Assembly: GCA_965215005.1 (NCBI GenBank)
Contig: CBDCCZ010000004.1
Coordinates: forward strand, 256,001 to 320,000
Direction of reading: 5' to 3'
Source of the DNA: Kofleriaceae bacterium
GTDB taxonomy: Bacteria > Myxococcota_A > Polyangia > Haliangiales > Haliangiaceae
DNA length: 64,000 nt
Part shown: positions 32,339-42,004 of the stretch, piece by piece
Layout: each line of letters starts with the position of its first letter
Position numbering within the stretch: the first letter of the stretch is position 1
Notes under the pieces: generated by a model
Databases searched by the model: none
What the model was told of the DNA's origin: nothing
Seen by the model: only the letters and a program-made list of their open reading frames with translations
Translations under genes and position numbers: made by a program

Positions 32339-32830
32339 TCAGAGGGTGGTCGGCGCGCGCGCAGCCGAGCCGTGCTCGTCCACCGCTAGGTGCGCGTGCA
32401 CCGCTTTGCGCAGCGTATCGAGGCTATCAATAAAGGAAAGCTCCGAGAGTCGTCCGAGCTCAGCCCGCACCTCGCACAGCTCGCCCGCGACCACCACCAG
32501 CTCCTCCAACACGCGGCTGTCGTGGACGCATGTGGCCAGCACCGCATGGCAAATGACGTCGGTGCTGCGCGCGAGATAGACCCGCAACAGGCACACCAGC
32601 TCTTCGGCATCGTGCTCGAGCGTGAGTGCGCGCTCGGCCAGCAGGCCCAGACCATTGCCCGCGGCCTCCAGCTTGGCACCGTACACGGCGCGAACGAACT
32701 CCACTTCCTGGGCGACTCGCTTGAGCGTCAGCGCGCTGGCCAAGAGGCGATGACCGAGCTCGGCGCGCAGAGCGATGGCTGCTTCGAGGAACATCGGTTG
32801 CGAGGGCATACGGTGCTTTCGTCCCAGCAT
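32339..32830 (-). CDS. Hypothetical helical protein
   Basis: Most protein-like ORF in the gap, Leu/Ala/Glu-rich. No family recognised. Confidence 0.45.
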   Translation of the reverse strand: MLGRKHRMPSQPMFLEAAIALRAELGHRLLASALTLKRVAQEVEFVRAVYGAKLEAAGNGLGLLAERALTLEHDAEELVCLLRVYLARSTDVICHAVLATCVHDSRVLEELVVVAGELCEVRAELGRLSELSFIDSLDTLRKAVHAHLAVDEHGSAARAPTTL

Positions 32831-33064
32831 GAGTCCAGGTATGAGCAAGAAGGACTCCAGTGAAATCAATAGTGAAGTCGCTAACGCTCCAGCAATGAAG
32901 CGCGGCGGCCTTCACGGCCACAGGATGGCCGCTGGGGTCGCAACCGCGGCTACGTGGGAGCATGCCCTCACATATCGAGGGGCGGCGCCCCCCGCGATAT
33001 GTGAGGGCTCGTGCGACAGCCGCGCCCCTCGCTGCAACCCACGGCGTAGCGTACGGTAGACGGT

Positions 33065-34081
33065 ATGCGGCGACTCCTCGTCCTGGTTATCGCGGTGTCG
33101 ACCTCGTGCGGCGACGACAGCACAGCCACCCCCGCCGCCGCCGCCGCCGACGCCGCCGCCGCCGCCGACGCCGCTGACGCCGCCGAGCCCGTGACTGGCT
33201 GGTCGTCCCTGCCCGAGGTCGCCGTTGGGCCGGTGCAGGAGCATGCCGTCGCCGCGCTCGATGGCCGCGTCTACGTCGTCGGCGGCTTTGACAACACCCG
33301 GGGTGTGCTCGACACCGTTTCCGTATACGACCCTCGTGCACGGCGCTGGAGCCAAGCGGCGCCGGTTCCAGAGAAGGTGCACCACGTCAATCTCGTCGCC
33401 TATGACGGCAAGCTCTATCTCCTTGGCGGCCTCACAGGAGGCTCCTTTACCGCGACTGGCTCGAGCTGGGAGTACGATCCGGCAGCCGACCGCTGGCGAC
33501 TTCTTTCGGCAATGCCTGCAGGCACCGAGCGCGGCGGCGGCGCGGTTGGCGTGCTTGGCGACGAGCTTTGCGTGGCGGGCGGCCTGCGCCGCGGCGCCGT
33601 TGCCGACGTCTCGTGCTACGACCCCGCGGCCGACCGCTGGCGAACCGACCTACCGGAGCTGCCGACGCCCACGGATCACCTGGTAGGAGCCGTTGTCGGT
33701 GGGGTGTTCTACGCCATTGGTGGCCGCGATACCGACATCGACGCGGTAACCGGCGCCGTACTCGCCTACGATCCGGCAGACGGCCAATGGCGCTCCAAGG
33801 CGAGCATGCCGACCGCGCGCGGTGGTATGGCGGCGGCGGTGATCGACGATCATATCTACGTGCTCGGGGGCGAAGGCAACGGCGGCGTCACCTCGGGCGT
33901 GTTCGATGACGTCGAGGCCTACGACGTTCGCGCCGATCAGTGGCGCACGCTCGACCCGATGCGCACGCCTCGGCACGGCATGGGCGCCGCGGCGATCGGT
34001 CGAGTGATTTACGTGCCCGGCGGCGCCACCGAGGCCGGCTTTGGCGCGGTGGCAACCTTCGAAGCACTCCAGGTGCCGTGA
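33065..34081 (+). CDS. Kelch-repeat lipoprotein
   Basis: Six repeats of the type GRVYVVGG...YDP...W. Signal peptide ending STSC, followed by an Ala/Asp linker. Confidence 0.92.
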   Translation: MRRLLVLVIAVSTSCGDDSTATPAAAAADAAAAADAADAAEPVTGWSSLPEVAVGPVQEHAVAALDGRVYVVGGFDNTRGVLDTVSVYDPRARRWSQAAPVPEKVHHVNLVAYDGKLYLLGGLTGGSFTATGSSWEYDPAADRWRLLSAMPAGTERGGGAVGVLGDELCVAGGLRRGAVADVSCYDPAADRWRTDLPELPTPTDHLVGAVVGGVFYAIGGRDTDIDAVTGAVLAYDPADGQWRSKASMPTARGGMAAAVIDDHIYVLGGEGNGGVTSGVFDDVEAYDVRADQWRTLDPMRTPRHGMGAAAIGRVIYVPGGATEAGFGAVATFEALQVP

Positions 34082-34127
34082 ATCGCGCCTTGCCGGGTCG
34101 GCCGCTCGGCACTACATACCCTAGGTC

Positions 34128-35318
34128 GTGGCCAGCGCCGCTCGTGTGATCCTGTTTATCGTTGTGAGCGTCGTGCTTCACGGCGGCACTGCCTACTATC
34201 TTTGGCGGCGTCTGGTGGCCGACACCCGGCTAGCGAGGCCATGGCGGAGGCTGGTAACCGCGGTGATCGTGGCCGGAGCGGTGTCGATGCCGCTGGCGAT
34301 GGTCGTCGCGCGATTGCTAACGCCAGCGGTCGGCGGATTGCTCGGGTGGCCGGCATTCTTGTGGATGGCGCTCAGCGGCTTGACGTTGCTCGGGCTCCTC
34401 ATCACAGACCTTGCGCGACTAGCCCGTTGGGGCGGCCAGCGCGCGCTCTCTCGGCAAGCGCCCCAGAGCCCGGCGAGGCGCACGTTCCTCGCCCGCGTCA
34501 TCGGCGGCGGCGTCGCAAGTGCGGCCGGGGGAGCCGTGCTCTATGGCACCCGCCGCGTGCTCGCTGGAGCGCCCGTCGTCGAGGTGCCGGTGCGGCTCGA
34601 GCGCCTGCCGGCGGCGCTCGATGGGTTCTCCTTGGTGCAGCTCAGCGATGTGCACATCGGCTACACGATCGGCCGCGAGTTCATCGTCGACATGGTCGCT
34701 CGCGCCAACGCTGCCGGTGGCGACGCCATCGTCATCACCGGCGACTTGGTAGATGGATCGGTGGCGACGCTGGCCCATGCGGCAGCACCGCTGAGCGAGC
34801 TGCGCGCGCCGCAAGGTGTCTATTTCGTCACCGGCAATCACGAGTACTACTCGGGTGCCGATGCGTGGATTGCCGAGCTGCGTCGCCTCGGCATTCGCGT
34901 GTTGCGCAACGAGCGGGTATCGCTCGGGCGTGGTACGGCTCGCCTCGAGCTCGCCGGCATCGATGATCACAGCGCCGCTAGATATGGTCGCGGTCACGGC
35001 CCCGATCTCGCCGCCGCCGTCGCCGGACGCGATCCTTCGGTGCCGCTCGTGCTGCTAGCGCATCAACCACGACAGGTGCATGAGGCGAGCCGCTTCGGCG
35101 TCGATTTGCAGCTCTCCGGCCATACCCACGGCGGTCAAATCTGGCCATGGCACTACCTCGCCAAGTGGCAACAAGGCGGGTTGCTCGCGGGTCTTTATCG
35201 AATTGGCGATACGCAGCTGTACGTCTCTCGCGGCACCGGTTACTGGGGCCCTCCGGTTCGCGTCGGTGCGCCCGCAGAAATCACTCGGATCGTCCTCCGC
35301 GCGACTCGCGCGACGTAA
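34128..35318 (+). CDS. Membrane-anchored metallophosphoesterase
   Basis: SDVH, GDLVD, GNHEY, LAHQP and SGHTHGGQ, with N-terminal TM helices. Confidence 0.92.
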   Translation: MASAARVILFIVVSVVLHGGTAYYLWRRLVADTRLARPWRRLVTAVIVAGAVSMPLAMVVARLLTPAVGGLLGWPAFLWMALSGLTLLGLLITDLARLARWGGQRALSRQAPQSPARRTFLARVIGGGVASAAGGAVLYGTRRVLAGAPVVEVPVRLERLPAALDGFSLVQLSDVHIGYTIGREFIVDMVARANAAGGDAIVITGDLVDGSVATLAHAAAPLSELRAPQGVYFVTGNHEYYSGADAWIAELRRLGIRVLRNERVSLGRGTARLELAGIDDHSAARYGRGHGPDLAAAVAGRDPSVPLVLLAHQPRQVHEASRFGVDLQLSGHTHGGQIWPWHYLAKWQQGGLLAGLYRIGDTQLYVSRGTGYWGPPVRVGAPAEITRIVLRATRAT

Positions 35319-35327
35319 ATGGGCGGG

Positions 35328-35666
35328 TCAACGTGAGGGCGGCGCGAGGACGCCGAGGCGACGAGCGCGCAGTGTCGTGCCGTCGAGCTCGCCAATCACC
35401 CACACTTTGTAGCCGGGACCGGCGATGCGCGGAACCGCCAGCGGCCCCGCGAGACGCCATTGGCCATCGCTGGTCATCAGCACGAGGACCTCGCCCCGCC
35501 GCTCGATGACTCCAACCCGCGGCGGACCCTCGCCGGCGATATCGTCGATGGCATATCCCGTGGCGGTGATGCGCACCGCTTGCCCTTCGAGTCGCGAAAG
35601 CTCATCCGACGGCGCGGTGAACGGCAGCGCGAGCCCGAGCCAGCACCCCGCAAACAGCGCAATCAT
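35328..35666 (-). CDS. Hypothetical exported protein
   Basis: Signal-like N-terminus. Its start overlaps the stop of the PilZ gene. Confidence 0.6.
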   Translation of the reverse strand: MIALFAGCWLGLALPFTAPSDELSRLEGQAVRITATGYAIDDIAGEGPPRVGVIERRGEVLVLMTSDGQWRLAGPLAVPRIAGPGYKVWVIGELDGTTLRARRLGVLAPPSR

Positions 35667-36100
35667 GGCGCTACGTCGCGCCCGGTGAGCGTTGCGAAAT
35701 ACTTGGTGAGCTTGAGCGTGGCGTGCACGTCGAGGTCATAGAACTGCACGCCCATGCCCAAGTCGGCACCTTCGGGAGAGGCACCGGGCCCTTGATCGTC
35801 GGTCTCCACCGTCCACCGCACCTCGGCGGCGACCGAGATGCTCTTGTCGTCGTTGTCGGCGGCCTCTGCATCGTCACCGCCGGCGATCGGCACGTGGATG
35901 ACGATCGCCAGGCGCGTGCCCACGGGCAACGGCTCATTGGTGACGATGAACGCGCCCCCTACGCCGATGTTGCGCGTCATCGCCTCACGCGCCGATTCCA
36001 ACGGCTTGTTGGCTTCTCGGTAGTGCAGACCGACGTGCGCGCCAGGTCGTGCCTTCCCGCGAAAGTGCTTCCGCTTCTCGTGCAGCGCCGTGTCTCCCAT
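35663..36100 (-). CDS. Stand-alone PilZ-domain protein
   Basis: RKHFR (RxxxR), NIGVGGAFI, AEVRW and GMGVQF. Confidence 0.88.
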   Translation of the reverse strand: MGDTALHEKRKHFRGKARPGAHVGLHYREANKPLESAREAMTRNIGVGGAFIVTNEPLPVGTRLAIVIHVPIAGGDDAEAADNDDKSISVAAEVRWTVETDDQGPGASPEGADLGMGVQFYDLDVHATLKLTKYFATLTGRDVAP

Positions 36101-36148
36101 GCCCCAAACGGGAGTTTAATCAAACCCCTGGGGCGCATGCAAACTGGT

Positions 36149-36177
36149 TTGACGGCGTCCGGCTTGCCGAGTAGCCT
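36149..36177 (+). promoter_or_regulatory. Candidate sigma70 promoter for the mpl operon
   Basis: TTGACG-17 bp-TAGCCT ending 9 nt before the TTG start. No obvious RBS, so possibly near-leaderless. Confidence 0.5.
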
Positions 36178-36186
36178 GCTCCGGCT

Positions 36187-38070
36187 TTGAAGTATCATCT
36201 CATTGGGATAGGCGGCACCGGTATGGGCGCCCTGGCTGGCTTGCTGAAGGCAGCAGGCCATCAGGTTCGTGGCTCCGATACCGCGCTTTACCCTCCAATG
36301 AGCGACCAGCTAGCAGCGCTGGGAATCGCCGCCTTCACCGGCTTTGCTGCCGAACATCTCGATTGGGGCCCCGACGTCGTGGTCGTGGGTAATGTATGCC
36401 GCAAGGACCATGTCGAAGCGGTCACGGCCGAAGAACGCGGCATTCCCAGGCGGTCGATGCCGCAGGTACTCGCCGATGAGCTTCTCGGCGATAAGCACGC
36501 ACTGGTCGTGACCGGCACCCACGGCAAGACCACCACGTCCTCGCTGTTATCCCACATCTTGATCACCGCGGGGCGCGATCCGGGCGCGTTCATCGGCGGT
36601 GTTCCCGTTGGGCTCGGTCGCGGCTGGCGCTACGGTGATGGCAACGAGTTCGTGATCGAAGGCGACGAGTACGACAGCGCGTTCTTCGACAAAGAGAGCA
36701 AGTTTCTCCACTATCGGCCGCGCACCGCCATCCTCACCTCGGTCGAGCTCGACCACGTCGACATCTTCGCGACCATGGAAGATGTGCGCGATGCGTTTCG
36801 CAAGTTCGTCGCGCTGATTCCCGAGGACGGCTTGCTCGTGGTGTCGAGCGAGTCCGAAGAGGCAATGGCCATCAGCGAGGCGACGGCGCGGTGCCGTGTC
36901 GAGACCTACGCGGCCGATCGCGATGGGCATCCAGAGGCGCTGGAGCGCGCGCCGATGTGGCACGCGCGTCGCCTCCAGTACACCAAGCACGGCCGCTGCA
37001 CGTTCGAGCTGTATCGCTCCGGCGAGCTGTTCGATCGCTATGAGAGCTTGCTCGTCGGTCACCATAACGTCGGCAACGCGGTGGCCGCCATCGCGGTTGC
37101 AAACTCCCTCGCGATCGAGCCCGATGTCATCCGCTTGGCACTGGCCACATTTGCTGGCGTCAAGCGCCGGCAGGAGATTCGCGGCATTGCCCAGGGCGTC
37201 TACGTTCTCGACGACTACGCCCATCATCCCACCGCAGTTCGCGAAACCATCTTGGCGCTGCGCCGGCGGTTCCCGACCCGCCGCTTGATTGCCGTCTACG
37301 AGCCGCGCTCGGCGACCAGCCGCCGCAAGACCTTCCAGCGCGAGTTCGTCAAGTCGTTCGCTCACGCCGACATGGTGCTCGTTGGCCGCCTCTACGGCGC
37401 CGAAGGAATTCCCGCCGAAGACCGTTTCGACCCCGAGCTACTGGCGCTCGATCTGCACCGCCGCGGCACCCACGCCAGCTATGTCCCCGAAGTCGATGGG
37501 ATTGTCGCGCACCTGGTCGAGCACGCTCGGCCCGGTGATGTGGTAGCGGTGCTCAGCTCGGGCGCGTTCGACAACCTGCACGAAAAGCTGCTCATGGCGC
37601 TTGGCGATGCGGTGTTGCCGGCGCGTGCCACGGACATGGCCGAGGTGCGAGCGCTCGATGCGGCTCTCGAAACCCACTCAGTGGATTTAGAAGACGAAGA
37701 CGCATCTCACTTCTTCGTCTTGCGCAACGAAAACGGCTTCGTCGGCTGCGTAGCGCTGGATGTCTTTGGCGAAGATGGGATCTTGCGCGCGTTGGCGGTG
37801 AAGAAGGAATGCCGCGGCGTTGGCTACGGCTGGATGCTCGCTGACGCGGTCATCGCCGAGGCCCGGCATCGCGGGATTCGCCGCATCTACTTGCTGACCA
37901 ACACCGCCAGCGATTGGTTTGCCTCCAAGCATGGCTTTCGCATCGTCGACCTTTCCACCGTTGCGCCCCAGGTTGCCGCCTCGGCGACCTTTCCGCCGGC
38001 AGCGCGATCACGCCGCGGTGGCCATGCGCCTCGATCTCTGAGCGTGTTCGCTCAACTCGGCTTCGGGTAG
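36187..38070 (+). CDS. mpl: Murein peptide ligase Mpl fused to a C-terminal GNAT acetyltransferase (true stop probably 38041 after +1 correction)
   Basis: Mpl motifs IGIGGTGM, YPPMS, GTHGKTTT, EGDEYDSAFFDK, DDYAHHP and EPRSAT. These continue in frame into GNAT motifs VGCVAL...LRALAV...RGVGYG...IYLLT...GF. Confidence 0.87.
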   Translation: MKYHLIGIGGTGMGALAGLLKAAGHQVRGSDTALYPPMSDQLAALGIAAFTGFAAEHLDWGPDVVVVGNVCRKDHVEAVTAEERGIPRRSMPQVLADELLGDKHALVVTGTHGKTTTSSLLSHILITAGRDPGAFIGGVPVGLGRGWRYGDGNEFVIEGDEYDSAFFDKESKFLHYRPRTAILTSVELDHVDIFATMEDVRDAFRKFVALIPEDGLLVVSSESEEAMAISEATARCRVETYAADRDGHPEALERAPMWHARRLQYTKHGRCTFELYRSGELFDRYESLLVGHHNVGNAVAAIAVANSLAIEPDVIRLALATFAGVKRRQEIRGIAQGVYVLDDYAHHPTAVRETILALRRRFPTRRLIAVYEPRSATSRRKTFQREFVKSFAHADMVLVGRLYGAEGIPAEDRFDPELLALDLHRRGTHASYVPEVDGIVAHLVEHARPGDVVAVLSSGAFDNLHEKLLMALGDAVLPARATDMAEVRALDAALETHSVDLEDEDASHFFVLRNENGFVGCVALDVFGEDGILRALAVKKECRGVGYGWMLADAVIAEARHRGIRRIYLLTNTASDWFASKHGFRIVDLSTVAPQVAASATFPPAARSRRGGHAPRSLSVFAQLGFG

Positions 38071-38148
38071 TCGCTCGACGCGGCGCCATCGTCGATTGGT
38101 GACTCCTGCCATGCGCTGGCCGGCGCTAGGGCGGCTACAGTGCGGCGC

Positions 38149-38979
38149 ATGAGCACCGAGCTCGCAGACGCTTTAGATATCGCACGCGCCGTCGCTGCCG
38201 AAGCGGCCGCGCTGCTAACCGGCGCGGCTGGCAAGGTGGGGCAGGTGCGCAGCAAGAGCAACCCGCGCGACTTGGTCACCGAGTGGGACACGCGCACCGA
38301 AGAGCTCATCCGCGAGCAGCTCGGCCGGCACACGCCGCGCATCCCCATCCTTGCGGAGGAAGCCGGCGCGTCTGGCGGTCCGGTGGAAGAGCTCGAGTGG
38401 GTCGTTGATCCGATTGATGGCACCGTAAACTTCGCCCACGGGTTGCCGATGTTTGCCGTTTCGATCGGCCTAGAGCAGCGGGGCCAGCCGGTCGTCGGCG
38501 TGGTCGCAGCGCCGGCGCTCGGCTGGACGTTTTGGGGGCGGCGCGGCGGCGGCGCCTTCCATGATGAGAATCCGATGCGCGTGAGCACCACGGCACGCCT
38601 CGAGCAAGCCTTGCTCGCTACCGGCTTTCCCTACGATCGCGCCACCAACCCGGACAACAACCTGCGCGAGTGGGATCATTTCCAGCGGCACGCCGGGGCC
38701 TGTCGCCGCTTCGGCGCCGCGTCCCTCGATCTATGTATGGTCGCGCGCGGCTGGTTCGACGGTTACTGGGAGAAACAGCTCAAGCCATGGGATCTCGCTG
38801 CCGGCGTGCTGCTCGTCATCGAGGCCGGCGGTTGCGTCACCGGCTGGAAGGGCCAATCCTTCTGCACGCGAGATGGAGCGGCGGTGGCCAGCAATGGTGC
38901 TATTCATTCCCAGCTCACCGACGAGCTCGCCGAGATCGGCAGAGCCCGCGAATCGGGCACGAGGCATCCTCATGAATGA
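38149..38979 (+). CDS. suhB: Inositol monophosphatase family (SuhB)
   Basis: DLVTEWD, AEE, DPIDGTVNFAHG, ATGFPY, GAASLDL and PWDLAAG. Confidence 0.92.
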   Translation: MSTELADALDIARAVAAEAAALLTGAAGKVGQVRSKSNPRDLVTEWDTRTEELIREQLGRHTPRIPILAEEAGASGGPVEELEWVVDPIDGTVNFAHGLPMFAVSIGLEQRGQPVVGVVAAPALGWTFWGRRGGGAFHDENPMRVSTTARLEQALLATGFPYDRATNPDNNLREWDHFQRHAGACRRFGAASLDLCMVARGWFDGYWEKQLKPWDLAAGVLLVIEAGGCVTGWKGQSFCTRDGAAVASNGAIHSQLTDELAEIGRARESGTRHPHE

Positions 38980-40315
38980 GACATCACCCGGGTATCCAGC
39001 GAAACAGCCGGTGCGGCGATGCCGGAGCGCAGGCCTGAGGCGATCCGCGCTGCGCATCGCAGGGAGCGCGCTTCTGGCCCTTTCAGTGGTTGCTTGGGCG
39101 GCCGTGGCAAACGCCGAGCCGCAGGCCTCGCGAGCTCGCTTCGAGCTCGGGGAGGTGCAGGGAGCTCTGGCGGTGCAGCGGCTCGACGGTTGGTTGCTGT
39201 ATGGCAACGGCAAGAAAAACGCCATCGCCTCCGAGCTGGTGAATCCCGCAAAGCCGCGGCACGCCTGGTACTACTTCATCCCGGCGCGGGGCGAGCCCAT
39301 CGCCATCGTGCGCGATAGCGATGCCGCGGCTTTTGCAGACGTTCCCGGCACCGTCGTCACTTTTTCCGGCGCGCGTGGCCTCAGCGATGCCCTCGCCAAG
39401 ACGCTTGCCGGCTCCAAGCGCGTTGCCATGGAGTACGCGCCGAAATCGGGCATCCCCTCGCTCACGCGGGTGGACGCGGCCACGGTCAATCGCATCGAAA
39501 CGCTCGGCATTGCGATCGAGAGCTCCGCTGGTCTGGTTCAGCTCACGAAGTCGCTGTGGGGCGCAAAGGGGCGCGTCGCGCATTACGTTGCCGCCCACCA
39601 TCTCGAAAAGCTCGTGCAGGACGCGCTGGCGTTCGTCGCGCAAAAAATTGCCGCCGGCGAGCGCGTCACCGAGCACGACGTGCAGCAGCGGCTGCTTAGC
39701 GGCTACGCAATTCGCGGCATCGCCGGCGCTCCGCCGATGGTTGCAGCGGGTCCCAACACGGCTAAGCCGGACTACATGCCCACCAAACAGCGCTCCCGCG
39801 CAATCGCCGAGGGAGATCTGTTGATGATTGACCTCTGGGCACGCGCCGAGGCCGCCGAGCGGCCCATTGTTGCTGAGCTGGCGTGGATGGCCTATGTCGG
39901 CAGCGAGGTGCCCGCTCCTTATCAAGAGCGATTTGCCGCGGTTGCGCAGGCGCGCGAGGCGGTGTTGACACTGCTGCGCGAGCGCGCTGCGCGGCGTCGG
40001 CCGGTGCAAGGATTTGAAGCTGATCGTGCGGCACGCGCGAGTCTGGCCGAGCTGGCCGACGCGTTCCTTCATCGCACTGGCCACTCGCTCGATACCTCGG
40101 CAGCGGGAGACGGCGCCAACCTCGACGACTACGACACCAAAGACACCCGCACCCTGGTCACCGGCTCTGGCTTCACAGTCGGCCCGGGCATCTACGTACC
40201 CGGCGAGTATGGGCTTCGCAGCGAGGTCGACGTGTTCTTGGCCCCGGGGCGCGTTGAGGTCACAACGCCGGTGCAGACGTCGATCCAGCCGATTCTGCCG
40301 CCCGCTGGCTCGTGA
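38972..40315 (+). CDS. Exported M24 (Xaa-Pro aminopeptidase-like) protein, probably catalytically degenerate
   Basis: LDGWLLY, GDLLMIDLW, HRTGHSL, GANLD, PGIY and GLRSEVDV. Signal peptide ending AVANA. Confidence 0.8.
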   Translation: MNETSPGYPAKQPVRRCRSAGLRRSALRIAGSALLALSVVAWAAVANAEPQASRARFELGEVQGALAVQRLDGWLLYGNGKKNAIASELVNPAKPRHAWYYFIPARGEPIAIVRDSDAAAFADVPGTVVTFSGARGLSDALAKTLAGSKRVAMEYAPKSGIPSLTRVDAATVNRIETLGIAIESSAGLVQLTKSLWGAKGRVAHYVAAHHLEKLVQDALAFVAQKIAAGERVTEHDVQQRLLSGYAIRGIAGAPPMVAAGPNTAKPDYMPTKQRSRAIAEGDLLMIDLWARAEAAERPIVAELAWMAYVGSEVPAPYQERFAAVAQAREAVLTLLRERAARRRPVQGFEADRAARASLAELADAFLHRTGHSLDTSAAGDGANLDDYDTKDTRTLVTGSGFTVGPGIYVPGEYGLRSEVDVFLAPGRVEVTTPVQTSIQPILPPAGS

Positions 40316-40361
40316 TTAACGCTCGCTTCGGTGCGCCGCGAGGTCGGGCGGGGAGCTGGCG

Positions 40362-40946
40362 ATGATCTCCGACTGCGCCGCGGTCATTCTGGCCGGCGGG
40401 CAAGGCCGACGGCTCGGCGGGTGCGTCAAGCCGCTGCTAGAGATCGATGGCCGGCGCATCATCGATCGGCAGCTCGAGGTTTTGCGTCGGGTTGCTGCGC
40501 CTATCGCGCTTTCGGTGCGCGATCAGAACGCGGCGCTCACCGAGTTGCAGCTGCCACTCGTGCGCGATGATGATCGCTACCAGGGCCCGCTCGGGGGGAT
40601 TGCGGCGGCGCTGGCATGGTCACCGCAACCGTGGCTGCTGGTCGTCGCCGGCGATATGCCGCTGCTTGCCGCCGACGTCTTGCACCTACTCGGCCAGCAT
40701 CGCGCTGGCGTCGAGCTGGTGTGCCCGGAAGCCGGTGGCTCACTTCAGCCACTCTGCGCGTTGTACTCCCGTCGCTGCCTCACGCGTGCACGTGCTCTGT
40801 TAGCGGCGGGGCAGCGTTCCGTGCAGGCGTTGGTGACAGATCCGTCGCTGCGCACAGCCGTGCTTTCGGAACGCCAGTTGCGTGTCGCTGACGCCGACCT
40901 TTCGTTCCTGACAAACCTAAACACGCCGCAGGATCTGCCGTGCTAA
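40362..40946 (+). CDS. mobA: Molybdenum cofactor guanylyltransferase
   Basis: ILAGGQGRRLGG, GPLGGI, GDMP, QPLCALY and NLNTPQD. Confidence 0.9.
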   Translation: MISDCAAVILAGGQGRRLGGCVKPLLEIDGRRIIDRQLEVLRRVAAPIALSVRDQNAALTELQLPLVRDDDRYQGPLGGIAAALAWSPQPWLLVVAGDMPLLAADVLHLLGQHRAGVELVCPEAGGSLQPLCALYSRRCLTRARALLAAGQRSVQALVTDPSLRTAVLSERQLRVADADLSFLTNLNTPQDLPC

Positions 40947-40976
40947 GGCGCGGTGGATCGGCTATCGTCGCGCACC

Positions 40977-41993
40977 ATGCGAGTTGGCTCGCTACACATC
41001 GATCTACCGGTTTTGTTGGCACCCATGGCGGCGGTTACCGATCTGCCGTTTCGCACCGTCTGCGAAGAGCTGGGCGTCGGCTTGACGATCACTGAGTTCC
41101 TCTCGGCGCACGCGCTCGAGGCGGGCGCTCAGAAGACCATCGACAAGCTCACCCCAAGCCTTGGCGGCCGAGCGTTTGGCGTGCAGATCTTCGGTCGCGA
41201 GCCGGAGCCGATGATCGTCGCTGCGCAAATGGCGGTGGCGATCGGTGCCTCGCTCGTAGACATCAACATGGGCTGTCCGGCCAAACGAGTGGTCGCCGGC
41301 GAGTGTGGCTCGGCGCTGATGCGTGAGCCGGCGGTTGCACAAGAGCTCGTCCGCACGGTTGTGGGCGCCGTTCCCGCCGAGGTGCCGGTGACGGTGAAGC
41401 ACCGCGCTGGTTGGGACGCCATGCATCGCAATGCGCCGGAGTTCGCGTGCGCCATGATCGAAGCCGGCGCCAAAATGATCACCGTGCACGGGCGTACCCG
41501 AACCCAAGGATTTTCGGGCAGCTCCGATCTGGAGATCATTCGCAAGGTGCGCGAGGCGGCGCCGCCGGAGGTCCCGGTGGTGGGCAACGGCGATGTCGTC
41601 GATATCGACGGCTATCGCCGCATGCGCGAGGTCACCGGCTGCGATGCGGTGATGATCGGACGCGGCGCGCAGGGCAACCCATGGTTGTTTCGCCGGCTGC
41701 GCGAGCTTTCCCAAGGGCGCGGCGACCCAGGCGAGCCGTCGGGGGCAGAACGCATCGCGGTGTTCCGTCGCCACGTCGCTTTGATCCTCGAGTTGAAGTC
41801 GGGTCCCAAGGTGATTCACGAGCTCCGCAAAGCGTGCGCGTGGTACGCCAAGGGGCAACGCGGCTGCAACGCCTTTCGCCAGCACATCTGGAAGCTCCGC
41901 GAGGCCGGCGACACCATCGCGGCGGCGGAGGCCTATTTTCAGTCGCTCGATCACACCGCTCCGCCGCCAGTCGCGGCAGTCTCCGCCGCTTGA
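40977..41993 (+). CDS. dusB: tRNA-dihydrouridine synthase B
   Basis: LAPMAAVTDLPFR, DINMGCP, VTVKHR, VHGRT, GNGD and MIGRGAQGNPW. Confidence 0.92.
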   Translation: MRVGSLHIDLPVLLAPMAAVTDLPFRTVCEELGVGLTITEFLSAHALEAGAQKTIDKLTPSLGGRAFGVQIFGREPEPMIVAAQMAVAIGASLVDINMGCPAKRVVAGECGSALMREPAVAQELVRTVVGAVPAEVPVTVKHRAGWDAMHRNAPEFACAMIEAGAKMITVHGRTRTQGFSGSSDLEIIRKVREAAPPEVPVVGNGDVVDIDGYRRMREVTGCDAVMIGRGAQGNPWLFRRLRELSQGRGDPGEPSGAERIAVFRRHVALILELKSGPKVIHELRKACAWYAKGQRGCNAFRQHIWKLREAGDTIAAAEAYFQSLDHTAPPPVAAVSAA

Positions 41994-42004
41994 CGCGAGG
42001 AACG

